From NCBI GenBank assembly GCA_964016885.1, contig OZ024741.1, positions 334,304,001 to 334,368,000 on the forward strand: DNA of 64,000 nt. Direction: 5' to 3'. Shown piece after piece: positions 26,418 through 40,740 of the stretch. The stretch comes from Eledone cirrhosa. Its lineage: Eukaryota. A program made the position numbers and the translations under genes. The stretch's first letter is position 1. Each line of letters starts with the position of its first letter. The notes beneath the pieces are model-generated. The model saw only the letters and a program-made list of their open reading frames with translations, searched no databases and was not told the DNA's origin.

Positions 26418-29400
26418 ATGATGTTCCAGAACAATATAAAAGAGATCATTGGCAATAAGGGAAGGGGCCCCAGGTTATCACAGCCTGGGCCCGCTCGTCA
26501 TCGTGCCATTGTAATAGAGCCAAACAAGGCATTTAGTCTTGGTTGCTGGAACGTACGGACGCTGCTTGACAGGAATTCCTTGGGGCGTCCTGAACGAAGG
26601 ACCGCTCTTGTTGCAAAGGAGCTTCGACGTTACGATCTTGACATCGTGGCTTTATCTGAGACGAAGCTAGCTGGAGATGGTCATCTTACGGAATTTTGTG
26701 GGGAATATACATTCTTCTGGAAAGGAAGAGATGAAGGAACCAGAAGAGAGGCTGGGGTAGGATTTGCTGTTAAGACTGTGCTTGTGAACAAATTAGAAGA
26801 ATTCCCAGTAGGGATTAGTGAGCGTCTTATGTCCATGAGAGTTCCGCTGGACAAGGGAAGATATGCTACCCTGGTGAGTGTGTATGCTCCAACTATGAGT
26901 TCTGTCGATGAGGAAAAGGTGTCCTTTTACCATGCCTTGAAACGTGTTTTAAGAAATATCCCTCAGGCAGACAAACTCATCGTGCTTGGTGACTTTAATG
27001 CTAGAGTGGGTAGGGATTTTAACACATGGAATGTAATCGGAAGGCATGGGGTGGGAAAGTGTAACAGCAATGGTATGCTCCTGCTGCAGACGTGTGAGGA
27101 GCTGGATCTGTGTGTTACCAACACCATGTTCCAACAAAAGAACAAATTCAAGACCACATGGATGCATCCTGCATCTAAGGAATGGCATCTTTTGGACTAC
27201 GTCCTAGTCAGGATGCGTGACAGACAGGATGTGCAGTGTGTTCGTGTTCTTCGTGGAGCTGAGTGCTGGACGGACCACCGCCTGGTACGCACAAAAGTGA
27301 AACTAATCACTAAACGTAAAATCCGGGCTCCTGGTGTTGCTCTGCCCAAAAGATTGAATGCTGCTCGTCTTAAGGATAAAAATGTGAAGAGGACATTGGA
27401 AGAAGAGATGCAGGCTGCAGATCTTGGTAAGGATTGGCCGACCCTTAAAAAGTCGGTTTATGATGTAGGCAGGCGTGTTCTGGGATTGGCGCAGAGGAAA
27501 CATCAGGACTGGTTTGATGAGAATGATGTACATATAGAAGACTTGTTGGCTGATAGGAGGCGTGCTCTGTCACGCTACTTGACGGCAAAACCACAGGAGA
27601 GGAATATGTTGCATGAGGAACTCAGGGATGTAAAATCACGTGTTAGGCGGAGTCTTTCTCAGATGAAGGATCAGTGGTGGAGTGAGAAGGCTGGTGAGAT
27701 ACAAACTGCGTCTGATTCCAATTACACAAAGCTGTTGTACAGTCTCTTGCGTGAGGTTTATGGACCGTTTTCTTCTCTGGTGACACCGCTTCGCAGCAAG
27801 GATGGCAAAGAACTTCTTCGTGACTCACAAGGAATTCTACGAAGGTGGCGAGAGCACTTTGATGATCTTTTGAATCAGCCGTCTGTCGTCAGTGAAGATT
27901 TCCTCAATCTCATTCCAGAAAGTCCTGTGAAAGTAGCTCTCGCAGAACCTCCGACGCTTGTGGAGGTTGCAGTGGCTATTTCGAAGCTGAACAGTGGAAG
28001 ATCTCCAGGTATGGATGGCATACATGCTGAGCTCCTACAATATGGTGGTGAGAGACTCCTGCAACATCTTCACTCTTTGTTTGGCAGGATATGGGCTAAT
28101 GAATCCGTAACTGGGGACTGGAGAGATGCAGTAATGGTGGTCTTGTACAAGGGAAAGGGTAACAGGAACGATTGTGGGAACTACAGAGGTATATCATTGC
28201 TTTCTACGGTAGGGAAAGTTTTATGTAGGGTGCTTCTGGACCGTCTGCTGACACACATTGCAGATTGTGTTCTTCCTGAAAGTCAATCTGGTTTTCGTGC
28301 TGGACGCGGCACTACTGATATGATCTTCTCAGCTAGACAGCTCCAGGAGAAGTGCATGGAACAAGGCTTGGATCTGTATCAGGTTTTTGTCGATCTGACA
28401 AAAGCTTTCGATACTGTTAACAGAGATGCATTATGGAAAGTTCTCCAGAAACTTGGTTGCCCTGATAAGTTCCTTGCTTTAGTTAGGTCTTTCCATGATG
28501 ACATGAAGGCTTGGGTTAATGTCGGGGGTAACATGTCGGAGCCTATCTCAGTAAAAAATGGAGTGAAACAGGGGGATATTCCAGCACCGACCCTGTTTGC
28601 CATATACTTTGCAATGGTTTTCTGTATTGCACTCAGGAATTGCGAGCATGGTGTTTACAACCGATATCGAACCTCAGGCAGCATATTTAACATCAGGCGC
28701 TTTGCTGCGAAGACAAAAGTATTTACATCAATCATAAGAGACCTCTTGTATGCAGATGATTGCGATTTTGTAGCGCACACAGAGAGTGATATGCAGCACA
28801 TTTTGAATGCATTTTCTGACGCTTGCACTGCCCTAGGTCTGACTGTCAGTCTCAAGAAAACCGTCGTCATGTACCAACCTGCCCCTGGTAAGCAGTACAC
28901 TGAACCAAACATCTATGTGTATGGCAAACGACTTGGAGTGGTTGATCAGTTTGTCTACCTGGGAAGCACTGTCAATCGATACAGCAACCTTGACAGTGAA
29001 ATCTCACTTAGGATTAGGAAAGCAAGTGATGCTTTCGGAAAGCTAGAAAGGCGACTCTGGGGTCGGCGAGACATATGCAGGAGGGCAAAGGTAAAGGTGT
29101 ACAGGGCATGTGTGCTCTCTTGTCTTCTTTATGCCTGCGAGACCTGGGTCACATATCGACACCACCTTAAGCAATTGGAGCGTTTCCATCAGATGTGTCT
29201 CAGACGGATCCATGGCGTTCACTGGAGGGACCACATCAGTGATTTCGAGATTTTGGAAAGCTCTATGTGTGACAGTATAGAAGCTCTTGTGCTTAATCAA
29301 CGACTCCGTTGGAGTGGTCACCTTGCCAGGATGAAGGATTCTAGAATACCAAAACAACTCTTTTATGGAGAGTTGGTTAAAGGAAAACGACCGCCACATA

Positions 29401-29845
29401 AACCAAAAAAGAGGTATAAGGATTCCTTGAAAGCCTCTCTGAAAGACGCTAACATCTCTGCTGATACATGGGAGAATATTGCTGCTGATCGTAATAAATG
29501 GAGAAAGACTGTATATGAGGGAAAAGTTGCCTTTGAGGCATCTCGAATCGCATACGAGAAAGTAAAGCGGGATGTGAGGAAGGGCATTGCTGTTGCACTT
29601 CCAGACGGCGAGGGTCCTCCTATGGTGCTGACATGCAGCGTATGTGCGAGACTCTGCCTAAGCAAAGCTGGACTCGAAAGTCATCTTCGCAGTCATAAAG
29701 TAAGACCAGTGGTTGACTACCAGGCTGCTGTTGGAGATGCTACTCATCATACTTGCCAAACATGTGGTAGAGAATGTAAATCAGCAGGAGGGCTCAAGCG
29801 ACATGCAAAAGTACACGAACTCCAACCACAGCCGACTATTCCCAG
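26418..29845 (+). CDS. RTE LINE ORF (APE endonuclease, RT, C2H2 fingers), uninterrupted up to the LTR insertion
   Basis: WNVRTL, GDFNARVG, LLDY and TDHRLV; NYRGISLL, QSGFR, VKQGD and YADD; CSVC…H…H and CQTC…H…H. The ORF-track N-terminus (from 26121) and C-terminus (to 29927) read through flanking insertions. Confidence 0.92.
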
Positions 29846-32057
29846 TGTAGCAGTTGCCTCCCTTGTTGTGACTCACAACCCCAATAGATTAACAACATCT
29901 AGACGGGAAGTAGAACCCTTTCTGTAACTTCCGGTCAGAACCCTATAAAACTAACAACTTTAAGTTCTCACTCTCTCATTTGCCCTTCCGGCGCCTGGCC
30001 TTCGCCAGGCGTCTTCCGCCAGCCTGCGTTTGCCTGGCAATCAAAACGGTAACTACTGACTTTGCTCCATTCTTTCGTTTATTCATTGACATGTCAACTA
30101 TACTGTTAAATTGTTGATTAAATATTATACACACAAACCATGTCTGCCTTGTTACATTCATACGCAATAGCAATTTCGCTATATTGGTAACCCTGACGTG
30201 ATATGAACACGCAGCCGTTCATTGTTATAAGTGGTCACCCCCCCCCCCCCCAAAAAAAAAACACACCAGAATCTGGTGTTGTGTGAGTAACATTACAAAT
30301 ACACAGCAAATTTATTGACAAACTATGAAAATACTCAGTCAAAGAAATGCACACACGCACATGTGAAATTCGCGTTCAGACAGACTTTTTCTCTCACGCA
30401 TCAACTAACTGTCGCATTTCACGATATATATATATGTTTCTCGTTTCTTACAACGAACACTTTCAAAAAAAAAAAAAGAAATTTGACATTTTTTTTTTTT
30501 TAAAACATTTCAACAGGAACATTTATTTTCGATGAACCATTGCCTTTTTTTTTTGTTATTTTCATCGTTTTCTTCATCGTTCAAGTTTTTTTTCTAAGTT
30601 CACACCAATAATTATGCTAAGTGAAGCCTTTCTTTTTCATCATTGTCACTTTCACACACGCATTTTTTTCAAAATTGCTGCCAACGACCTGTTGCACTTT
30701 TATTTTCTCGCGCGTTAGAAATATTATTTTTTTCAACCAAACTTAACCTTGTATTGGCACATGTAAGCAGCACACATTCTCAACTCGCGGAGATATCTCG
30801 ACTCACAGAGATAGCCGCACGCCAGAGATAACGTTTCTCTCAAGGATTCTTCAGCCTAAAGCTATATTCTCCTATTTGCCGGTTTAAAGATTTACCACGT
30901 AAATTTGCCGTTGGAGACTGCGCATTTATTCAGAATGCTTATTTCTTTGGTCGCTGGCCTCTTGACCATTCCAGGTCAACGCATTCCCAACATCGACCAT
31001 CAACTTCGGCTGTTATTTCTAACACTTTGCGCAACTCATTTTATCCGAAAAAAATTTTTTTTACTGTGAATTTAAACACCGAATACGCTCACTCCGCGAG
31101 ACAACAACATCAACAGCAACACAGCTTCACCAACAACCAAAACCAGCAGAACAAGCCAGAGAATTTATTTTTGCAGCACTCTTCCTGTGAGAAAATCCAT
31201 TCGGAGGTTGGAAATTTCACGATATACCACAGAACAGAAACCACCTGCATTCATTCTCTGGAACACACTTTCTTTCCTGCTTTCATGTGATTGCACACCT
31301 GTGAACTATATTTTGTACATTTGAACTTTGAGCTCTTCTCTTACTTTATTACATTGTATCTTTGGGTGATGGATAGATAGATGTCCAGTCGTTCTCTGGC
31401 CAAGAGCGGTTGGCTACCTTGATATCTATCATTGATTTTTGCAAACATTCTTTTGCCGTAATTTTCATGCATGTTACAATATTCTCGCCAACTTGCTACA
31501 TATTTCATTCGATTTTTATATTCTAAAATTCTGGCGGGAGGTTATGTAGCAGTTGCCTCCCTTGTGACACTCACAACACCATCTAGACAGGAAGTAGAAC
31601 CCTTTCTGTAACTTCCGGTCAGAACCCTATAAAACTAACAACTTTAAGTTCTCACTCTCTCATTTGCCCTTCCGGCGCCTGGCCTTCGCCAGGCGTCCCG
31701 CGTTTGCCTGGCAATCAAAACGGTAACTACTAACTTTGTTTCATTCTTTCGTTTATTCATTGACATGTCAACTATACTGTTAAATTGTTGATTAAATATT
31801 ATACACACAAACCATGTCTCCTTGTTACAAATCATACAACCCAGTATCTCACTATATTAATATAGCGGAAATACTAGCGGTTGTATGACTTGTAACAAAC
31901 GCGGGACGCCTGGCGAAGGCCAGGCGCCGGAAGGGCAAATGAGAGAGTGAGAACTTAAAGTTGTTAGTTTTATAGTGTTCTGACCGGAAGTTACAGAAAT
32001 GGTTCTACTTCCTGTCTAGATGGTGTTGTGAGTGTCACAAGGGAGGCAACTGCTACA
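29846..32057. mobile_element. Non-autonomous Gypsy-type composite: LTR>-internal-LTR> TTAA <LTR, with one 4-bp TSD
   Basis: LTR1 29846-30183 (TGTAGC…GCTATA), tRNA-Trp-like PBS 30185-30202, PPT GGCGGGAGG, LTR2 31545-31856, inverted LTR3 31861-32057. CCAG is duplicated at 29842-29845 and 32058-32061. Confidence 0.9.
30185..30202 (+). promoter_or_regulatory. Primer-binding site complementary to the tRNA-Trp 3' end
   Basis: TGGTAACCCTGACGTGAT against the expected TGGTGACCCCGACGTGAT (16/18), 1 nt after LTR1. Confidence 0.8.
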
Positions 32058-32423
32058 CCAGTAAGTGTTTTGGTTGCCGACTCTGTGCAAGACATTTTAG
32101 ATCATTGGCTGGGCTAAAAAGCCACATTCGATCGCAGCGCTGTTAGTTGCTATCGTGTGTGTGTGTGTAGATATGCTTATGTGTGTGCGTGTGTGTGTGT
32201 ATATATATATGTATATGTATATTATTATTGTTCTTGTCGTTATTATTATTGTTGTTATTATTATTATTATTATTATTGTTATTAATGTATGTGTGTGTGT
32301 GTATATGTGTGGGTGTGTGTGTGTATATGTATATGTATATATATATTTTTTTTTATTTATTTATTATTATTATTTTTTTTTCTTTCTTCTCGTGCAATGG
32401 CCATACTCGATAACGAGGGGGCA

Positions 32424-32470
<47 letters not shown>

Positions 32471-32753
32471 AAGAGAGGAGGATAGACAGAGAGAGGTGTG
32501 ATATAGTATACTAAATGCTGATAGCCAAAGCGAGGTGGGCTCAATGCTTGGATTAGCAGTGTTAAATATTAAAGAGGGGTTTATATTTAATGAAGGGTTC
32601 AAGCAGAGCAGGTATACCACACCGGTAACAACTTACATGTATGTAAACAAAGTTACTTGCTGTGGTATAAGTGAAACATCATGTAAGAAATAAAATTTTG
32701 TTTTAAATGAGCTGCAACTCCTTCATTCATTCATTTTGCTTATATATATATAT

Positions 32754-32972
32754 ATAGGAAAAGAGTCAGGACCCCGGCAGCTAAGCTCCCATCGTTTTGA
32801 TAGCTAGACCCGAACTAAGCGACTGGTGGCTTAGTTCGGATCTACCTGTCAAAACAGTTGGAACTTAGCCATCGGGGTCTGACTCTTTTCCTATTACCCA
32901 CTCTACTACCCTAAGTATTGAGTACTCTGGTGCGTTATAGTCCACCTGGTATCTTAGCACACCCTCTTTGTT
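32754..32972 (+). mobile_element. Fold-back element with tail in (TA)n, same tail family as 40068
   Basis: Imperfect inverted repeat 32754-32894, then tail TTACCCACTCTACTACCCTAAGTATTGAGTACTCTGGTGC…. The arms carry a degenerate hammerhead 3' half. Confidence 0.75.
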
Positions 32973-32989
32973 ATATATATATATATATA

Positions 32990-34580
32990 TTTAGTGAAGA
33001 GTTTAGCGTAAAAGTTGGTGTCCATCAGGGCTCTGTTCTTAGCCCCCTACTATTTATTATTGCCCTTCAGGCTATAACAGAGGAGTTCAAGACCGGCTGC
33101 CCATGGGAACTCCTATACGCAGATGATCTAACGCTCATAGCTGAATCAATGACCGAACTAGAGAAGAAATTCCAAACATGGAAGCACGGCCAAGAATCAA
33201 AAGGCCTTAAAATTAACCTGGCTAAGACTAAAGTTCTAGTTTGTAGGAAAGAAAATAAGGCGGCGGTCCCATCTGGGAAATGGCCATGCTCAGTGTGTAG
33301 GAAAGGCGTAGGTAGAAACTCCATTTTATGTCCCAAATGCAAAGTATGGGTGCATAAAAGATGTAGTGGGATCACAGGTAAGCTAACTAAGAACATAGAT
33401 TTTACATGTGGCCGGTGCTCTGGTGCAATAAGTAGCAGCAAGTGCCCAGAAAATACTAGCTCCTTCAACTGCGCAGAGGGTTCTATAGAAATAGTGGACA
33501 GCTTCCGTTTTCTGGGTGACAAAATCAGCAGTGGGGGAGGGTGCTCTGAAAGTACAGTAGCTAGAGTCAGCACTGGATGGAAAAAGTTCAGAGAGCTTAT
33601 ACCACTATTAGCCGCTAGAGGGTTCTCCCTAAAAATGAAAGGCAGGTTATACGATGCCTGCATACGAACAGCAATGCTGCATGGCAGTGAGACCTGGGCA
33701 TTGTATGCAGAGGATATACGCAGACTAGAGAGGAACGAAGCTTGCATGCTCCGCTGGATGTGCAATAGTAATATACGTGAACGGCAAAGCATAAACGAAC
33801 TAAGGAAAAAATTAGAAATAAGAGGGATCAGATGTTGTTTACTCGAGAGAAGGCTACGTTGGTACGGTCACGTGATGCGCATGAAAGACGACAGCTGTAT
33901 AACAAAGTGCAGGGCAATAAAGATAGACGGTAGCCACGGAGTAGGCAGACCCAGAAAAACATGGGACGAGCTGATAAATTCCGACCTCACACGCTTACAC
34001 CTCTCCAAGACAATGTCACTGGACCGAGACCTTTGGCGGTACTCAGTAATAGAGAAGACCCGCCTTACCTAAATACAAAGTAAAAACCTACTACAGTCAG
34101 TAGGCATCTCTATCAAAACACACCCCCGTCCCACCACCTCCACCCCACCCACACCGCCCCTTTCAATGTAAAGTTATGTTGGTCCCACAACATCCAGGCC
34201 GAAACAAATGAGATCGTGTAGGTGTCACGACAAAAAACACACAGTCCACGCTGTAAATGTGGCCGTGTAGGCAACACGGTAAAAACCTCCCAGCCCCACA
34301 CTGTAAATGTGGTTGGTGTTAGGAAGGGCATCCAGCTGTAGAAAACCCGCCAGACAGTCCACGCTGTAATGTGGCCGTGTAGGCAACACGGTAAAAACCT
34401 CCCAGCCCCACACTGTAAATGTGGTTGGTGTTAGGAAGGGCATCCAACTGTAGAAAACCCGCCAGATAGTCCTATGCGAGCAAGACAACCACTCTTGCCT
34501 CAAGTGGGAAAACCCCCGTCCAAACCCATGCAAGCGTGGAACACGGACGCTAAACCTGATGATGATGATGATGATGATGA
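32990..34580 (+). mobile_element. 5'-truncated RTE-group LINE with a PHD-like finger after the RT domain, ending in (GAT)n
   Basis: VGVHQGSVLSPLLF, YADD, CSVC…CPKC…HKRC…CGRC, HGSETW, RLRWYGHV and GRPRKTW, open to the stop at 34072. Followed by the family-B tail with an internal duplication of about 120 bp. Confidence 0.9.
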
Positions 34581-34829
34581 TTTATTTATATACGTATATG
34601 AGATATCGTTTTCGGTTTCCCTAGTTCAGGGATAGAGTAGCCTATAACGAGGAGTGTTTCAACGTCCAGCGGTGGTTGATTCAACAAGATGTTTACTTCA
34701 GTAGGTCGATCATAGGGTTTTCCTTTGATAGTTCCATGATCAGTAATCCTTGGAGTGGTTACAAAAGGTAAAAAGAGGATTAACATAGATAAGCGATACA
34801 GTAGGGTTTATTTCTAGCATTTACATACA

Positions 34830-34859
<30 letters not shown>

Positions 34860-34860
<1 letters not shown>

Positions 34861-36085
34861 TGATTTCAGCAAGGCCTTTGACAGGGTTGATCACAACATT
34901 CTACTGAGAAAGCTGTCCAATATTGGTGTCACTGGAAAGCTGCTGCAGTGGATCAAGAGCTTCCTGTCAAACAGAACCCAACATGTTGTAGTCGAAGGAG
35001 TCAAATCCAGCCCAGCCAAAGTCAGTAGTGGGGTCCCACAAGGCACTGTGTTGGGCCCACTTCTCTTCATCATCTATATTAATGACATCACTGACATCAT
35101 CAAACACAGCAACATTAGAATTTTCGGTGATGATTCCAAGCTCCAAAAGGTCATCAATAGCGTGGATGACCGGATAAGCCTTCAGTCAGACCTACTGGCT
35201 GTTACCCAATGGGCGGAAAAGAACAACATGTTACTGAACGAAGACAAATTCGAACTGATCCATTTTGGAAAAGAGGATGCTCTGAAACTCCCGTACTCCC
35301 TTCCCTCCGGTGAAACTCTCGTGGCATCTAACAACATCAGAAACTTGGGAGTAACCGTGGAGAGCAACATAAGCTGGGCCACGCATATAAGCAGCAAAGT
35401 TGACATGGCCCGCAGAATGTGTTCCTGGATCCTCAGAACCTTCCAGTCGAGAGATTCCCACACCATTATCCTTCTCTTCTCCACTTTTGTCCGACCACAC
35501 CTTGAATACTGTTGTCCACTGTGGTCTCCCCACACGAAACAAAGTATCATGAAACTTGAAGCTCCCCAAAGGGCAATCACAAAAAAGATAGATGGCATGT
35601 CAGACCTTGACTACTGGGGTCGACTAGAAAAGCTGAAACTTTACTCATTCCAACGTCGCCGTGAGCGTTATATTATCTGCATGATGTGGAAAATGTTTCA
35701 TCAGCACTGCCCAAATGATGTTGGCATCACCTTCAAAATACACCCAAGGCTTGGGCCCTGTGCTATCCGTCCCAAACAAAAATCTAAATCGCAACTCATA
35801 ACAACAATACGGCACAATCATTTCACCTCAATTGGCCCTGCTCTCTTCAACATCACACCAGGACACGTCAAAACAGAAACTGACCACACAAAATTCAAGA
35901 AGTCTTTGGACAAATTCCTCCAAGTAATCCCAGACAAACCACCCACACCCGGATATGTCTCCGCAAACAGTAATTCTCTTCTCAAATGGGCCATGGTGCC
36001 AAAATCCTGAATTGAAAGACTTCGCCAGGTGGTGCTATTAAGTTAGACATGGCCTGGGCCAATACTGGCCAAAACATTTCAAAGT
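34860..36085 (+). mobile_element. 5'-truncated L2/CR1/Jockey-group LINE (RT C-terminal half)
   Basis: DFSKAFDRVDH, SGVPQGTVLGPLLF, FGDD, VRPHLEYC and RRRERY. Flanked by (TA)n. Confidence 0.9.
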
Positions 36086-36100
36086 TATATATATATATAA

Positions 36101-36143
<43 letters not shown>

Positions 36144-36259
36144 TATATATATATAATATAATATATATATATATATATGTAATATTTATATATATATATA
36201 TATAATATAATATATATATATATATGTAATATATATATATATATATAATATATATATAT

Positions 36260-36758
<499 letters not shown>

Positions 36759-36759
36759 T

Positions 36760-38100
36760 AACGCAACTAATTAGAGAAAGGGTCAAACTAGATGAGATGC
36801 AGTTTGGTTTGGTGCCTGGGAAAAGTAAAACAGATGCCCTCTTCTTAGTGAGACAACTACAAGAAAGGTTCTTAGAGAAGAATAAGCCACTGTTGACATA
36901 GAGAAGGCCTTTGATAGAGTACCCCAATCTGTCATCTGGTGGTCCCTAAGGAAACTAGGTGTTGAGGAATGGCTTGTGAGGATAGTACAAGCTTTGTACA
37001 GAGGTGCTGTCAGTAAAGTAAGGGTAGGAATGGAGTTTAGTGAAGAATTCCAGATACAAGTAGGAGTACATCAGGGTTTGGTCCTCAGCCCGCTCTTGTT
37101 CATTATAGTCCTCCAAGCCATAACAGAGGAGTTTAAGACTGGCTGTCCATGGGAACTTCTCTATGCTGACGATCTGGCTCTTATAGCAGAATCAGTAGAG
37201 GAGCTAGAGAATAAATTCTGGCTATGGAAACAGCAGTTGGAATTAAGAGGACTGAGAGTGAACCTAGCTAAGACAAAAGTGTTGATGAGTAAAAAAGAGG
37301 ACAAAACTCTGATTCCGTTGGGGAAATGCTCATGTTTGATATGCAGAAAAGGAACTGACATAAATTCTATAAAATGTACACAATGTAGATCTAGGGTACA
37401 CAAGAGATGTAGTGGGAAAGCAGGCAAACTAACATGTAGGGAGAAATAAGTATCCAGTAGAAGTACAGGGAAATTTGACAGTAGAAGTCGCATTGATAGA
37501 CACATTTTTTCAAATGCTGGTTGGTGTTATAGAAGTGGTTGATAGCTTCCAGTACCTAGGTGATCAGATTAGCATGGAATGGGAGGTGTTCCGAGGCCAT
37601 AGTATCTAGAATAAGGATGGGCTGGAAGAAGTTTAGGGAGCTGCTTCCTCTGCTGACGAAGAAGTGTTTCTCCCTGCGTACGAAAGGCCGGTTATATGAT
37701 GCCTGTGTGAGGTGTGCGATGCTGCATGGTAGTGAGACATGGGCAGCAACTGCAGAGGATATGCGACAGCTGGAGAGAAATGAGGCAAGCATGCTCCGTT
37801 GGATGTGAAATGTCAATGAACGACCCAGCATGGATGTGTTGAGAGAGAAACTGTGTCTGAGAGGGATATATTGTAGTGTGCGGGAGAGGAGACTGCGATG
37901 GTATGGACATGTGATGCGCATGGAGGATGACTGATGGGTGAAGAAGTGCCAAGAAATGCCAGTTGAAGGAACACGTAATAGAGGAAGACTCACAATGGAG
38001 ATGACGAAGGACCGTGACAAGTGGAGAGATGCTGTGCTGAATAAGACCCATCTCACCCTTGCAAGAAGGGAAAAGCGGATGTAAAATGATGATGATGATG
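36760..38100 (+). pseudogene. Degenerate RTE-group LINE fragment (PHD-like type)
   Basis: MQFGLVPGK, EKAFDRVP, VGVHQG, YADD, CLIC…CTQC…HKRC and HGSETW, with stops. Ends in (GAT)n. Confidence 0.88.
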
Positions 38101-38152
38101 ATATATATATATATAGATATAGATATACATATATGTGTGTATGTATATGTAG

Positions 38153-38346
38153 ATACCAAGTGAAAACCACAGTAAATAAGGTACTCAATACATCAGTAGA
38201 GTGAGGAGAATGAAATTTGATATAGAAATAGCTTCTACATGACTAGAACAGTTTCATTCATATAAAATTATCAGTATCACCCACTTCTTATGATTTCATA
38301 CAAATTAAACTGTTCTAGTCTTGTAGAAGCCATTTCTACATTAAAT
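38153..38346 (-). mobile_element. Old fold-back element with tail and a degenerate hammerhead core
   Basis: Inverted repeat about 38215-38346. The minus strand reads CTGATAA-TTTTATATGAAT-GAAA-CTGTTCTA-GTC. The tail carries CACTCTAC…TATTGAGTAC. Confidence 0.6.
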
Positions 38347-38675
38347 GTTGTTATATGTATAATTCTTTGTGGTATATGTTCTGACTCTCTGCATTCAGAG
38401 TTCAAATCCTGCCAAGGTCAGCTTTGCTCTTCATCCTTTCAAGGTTAATAAAAAAAAACAGTACCAGTTTAATACTGGGGGTCAATTCTTCTTCTATATC
38501 TCTTTCTCACTTCCTTTCTCTCACTCTCTATAAATCTCTGGAAGGAATCTCCTATACTCAGACCTGGAGAAGAATTGTGCTCTGCCAGGTATAAAAGTAT
38601 GCACCAAGAAACGCTGTATGTCAATATGGTACATCTATGAATCCATCAGGAGTTACAAGTTCATATATATATATA

Positions 38676-40261
<1,586 letters not shown>

Positions 40262-40440
40262 ATATATATATATATATATAAATGATAATAAATTTGAAAG
40301 CTAAAATCCAAAGAAGGCTCGATAACGATAAATATATATCAAATATATAAGAACCCTAGAGCAAATATATATTAGTATTGGTGCTCTGAAATAGCGATGT
40401 ATACAGGCATGTATGTATAGTATATTTGGCAATATACTGT

Positions 40441-40740
40441 ATCATCATCACCGTTTTACGTCCGTTCTTCTACGCTAGCATAGGTTAGATGGGTTGTCCT
40501 GTTGTGGGCAGTGTCTGGTCAGCTGACCTTGTCTTGCTCATAGAGGAACTGATTTTGGCTTGTTTTATACAGCTGCATGCCCTTCCTAACACCAACCTCA
40601 TTTACAGTGAGTGCTGGGGGCTTTTTTCCGTGGCGCCTACACGTCCACTTTACAGTATGGGCTGGGTGCTTTTTTGCCGTGGCACCTCCACGACCACTTT
40701 GCAGTGGGAGGGTGTGGGGGCATATTGTCTATATGCTTCA
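40441..40740 (-). mobile_element. Repeat family B (RTE-tail or SINE-like, (GAT)n end), representative copy
   Basis: Reverse complement of 36345-36650. Other copies lie near 14597, 18800, 48960, 50320, 54640, 55920, 58300 and 62835. Confidence 0.8.

Larger units (their letters stand above)
20041..32430 (+). mobile_element. Near-full-length RTE-clade LINE split by two nested insertions
   Basis: Probable 5' UTR at 20041-20353 ends in (ATT)n and resumes at 26354. The ORF 26418-29845 continues in frame at 32062-32146 after the TSD. The 3' end …CGAGGGGGCAGCCATC resembles the end of the old copy near 14466-14480. The 5' UTR assignment is inferred. Confidence 0.75.

Noticed and set aside
30203-31530. 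gag/pol coding sequence in the LTR element interior
   Set aside because: Only short ORFs with no convincing retroviral motifs.
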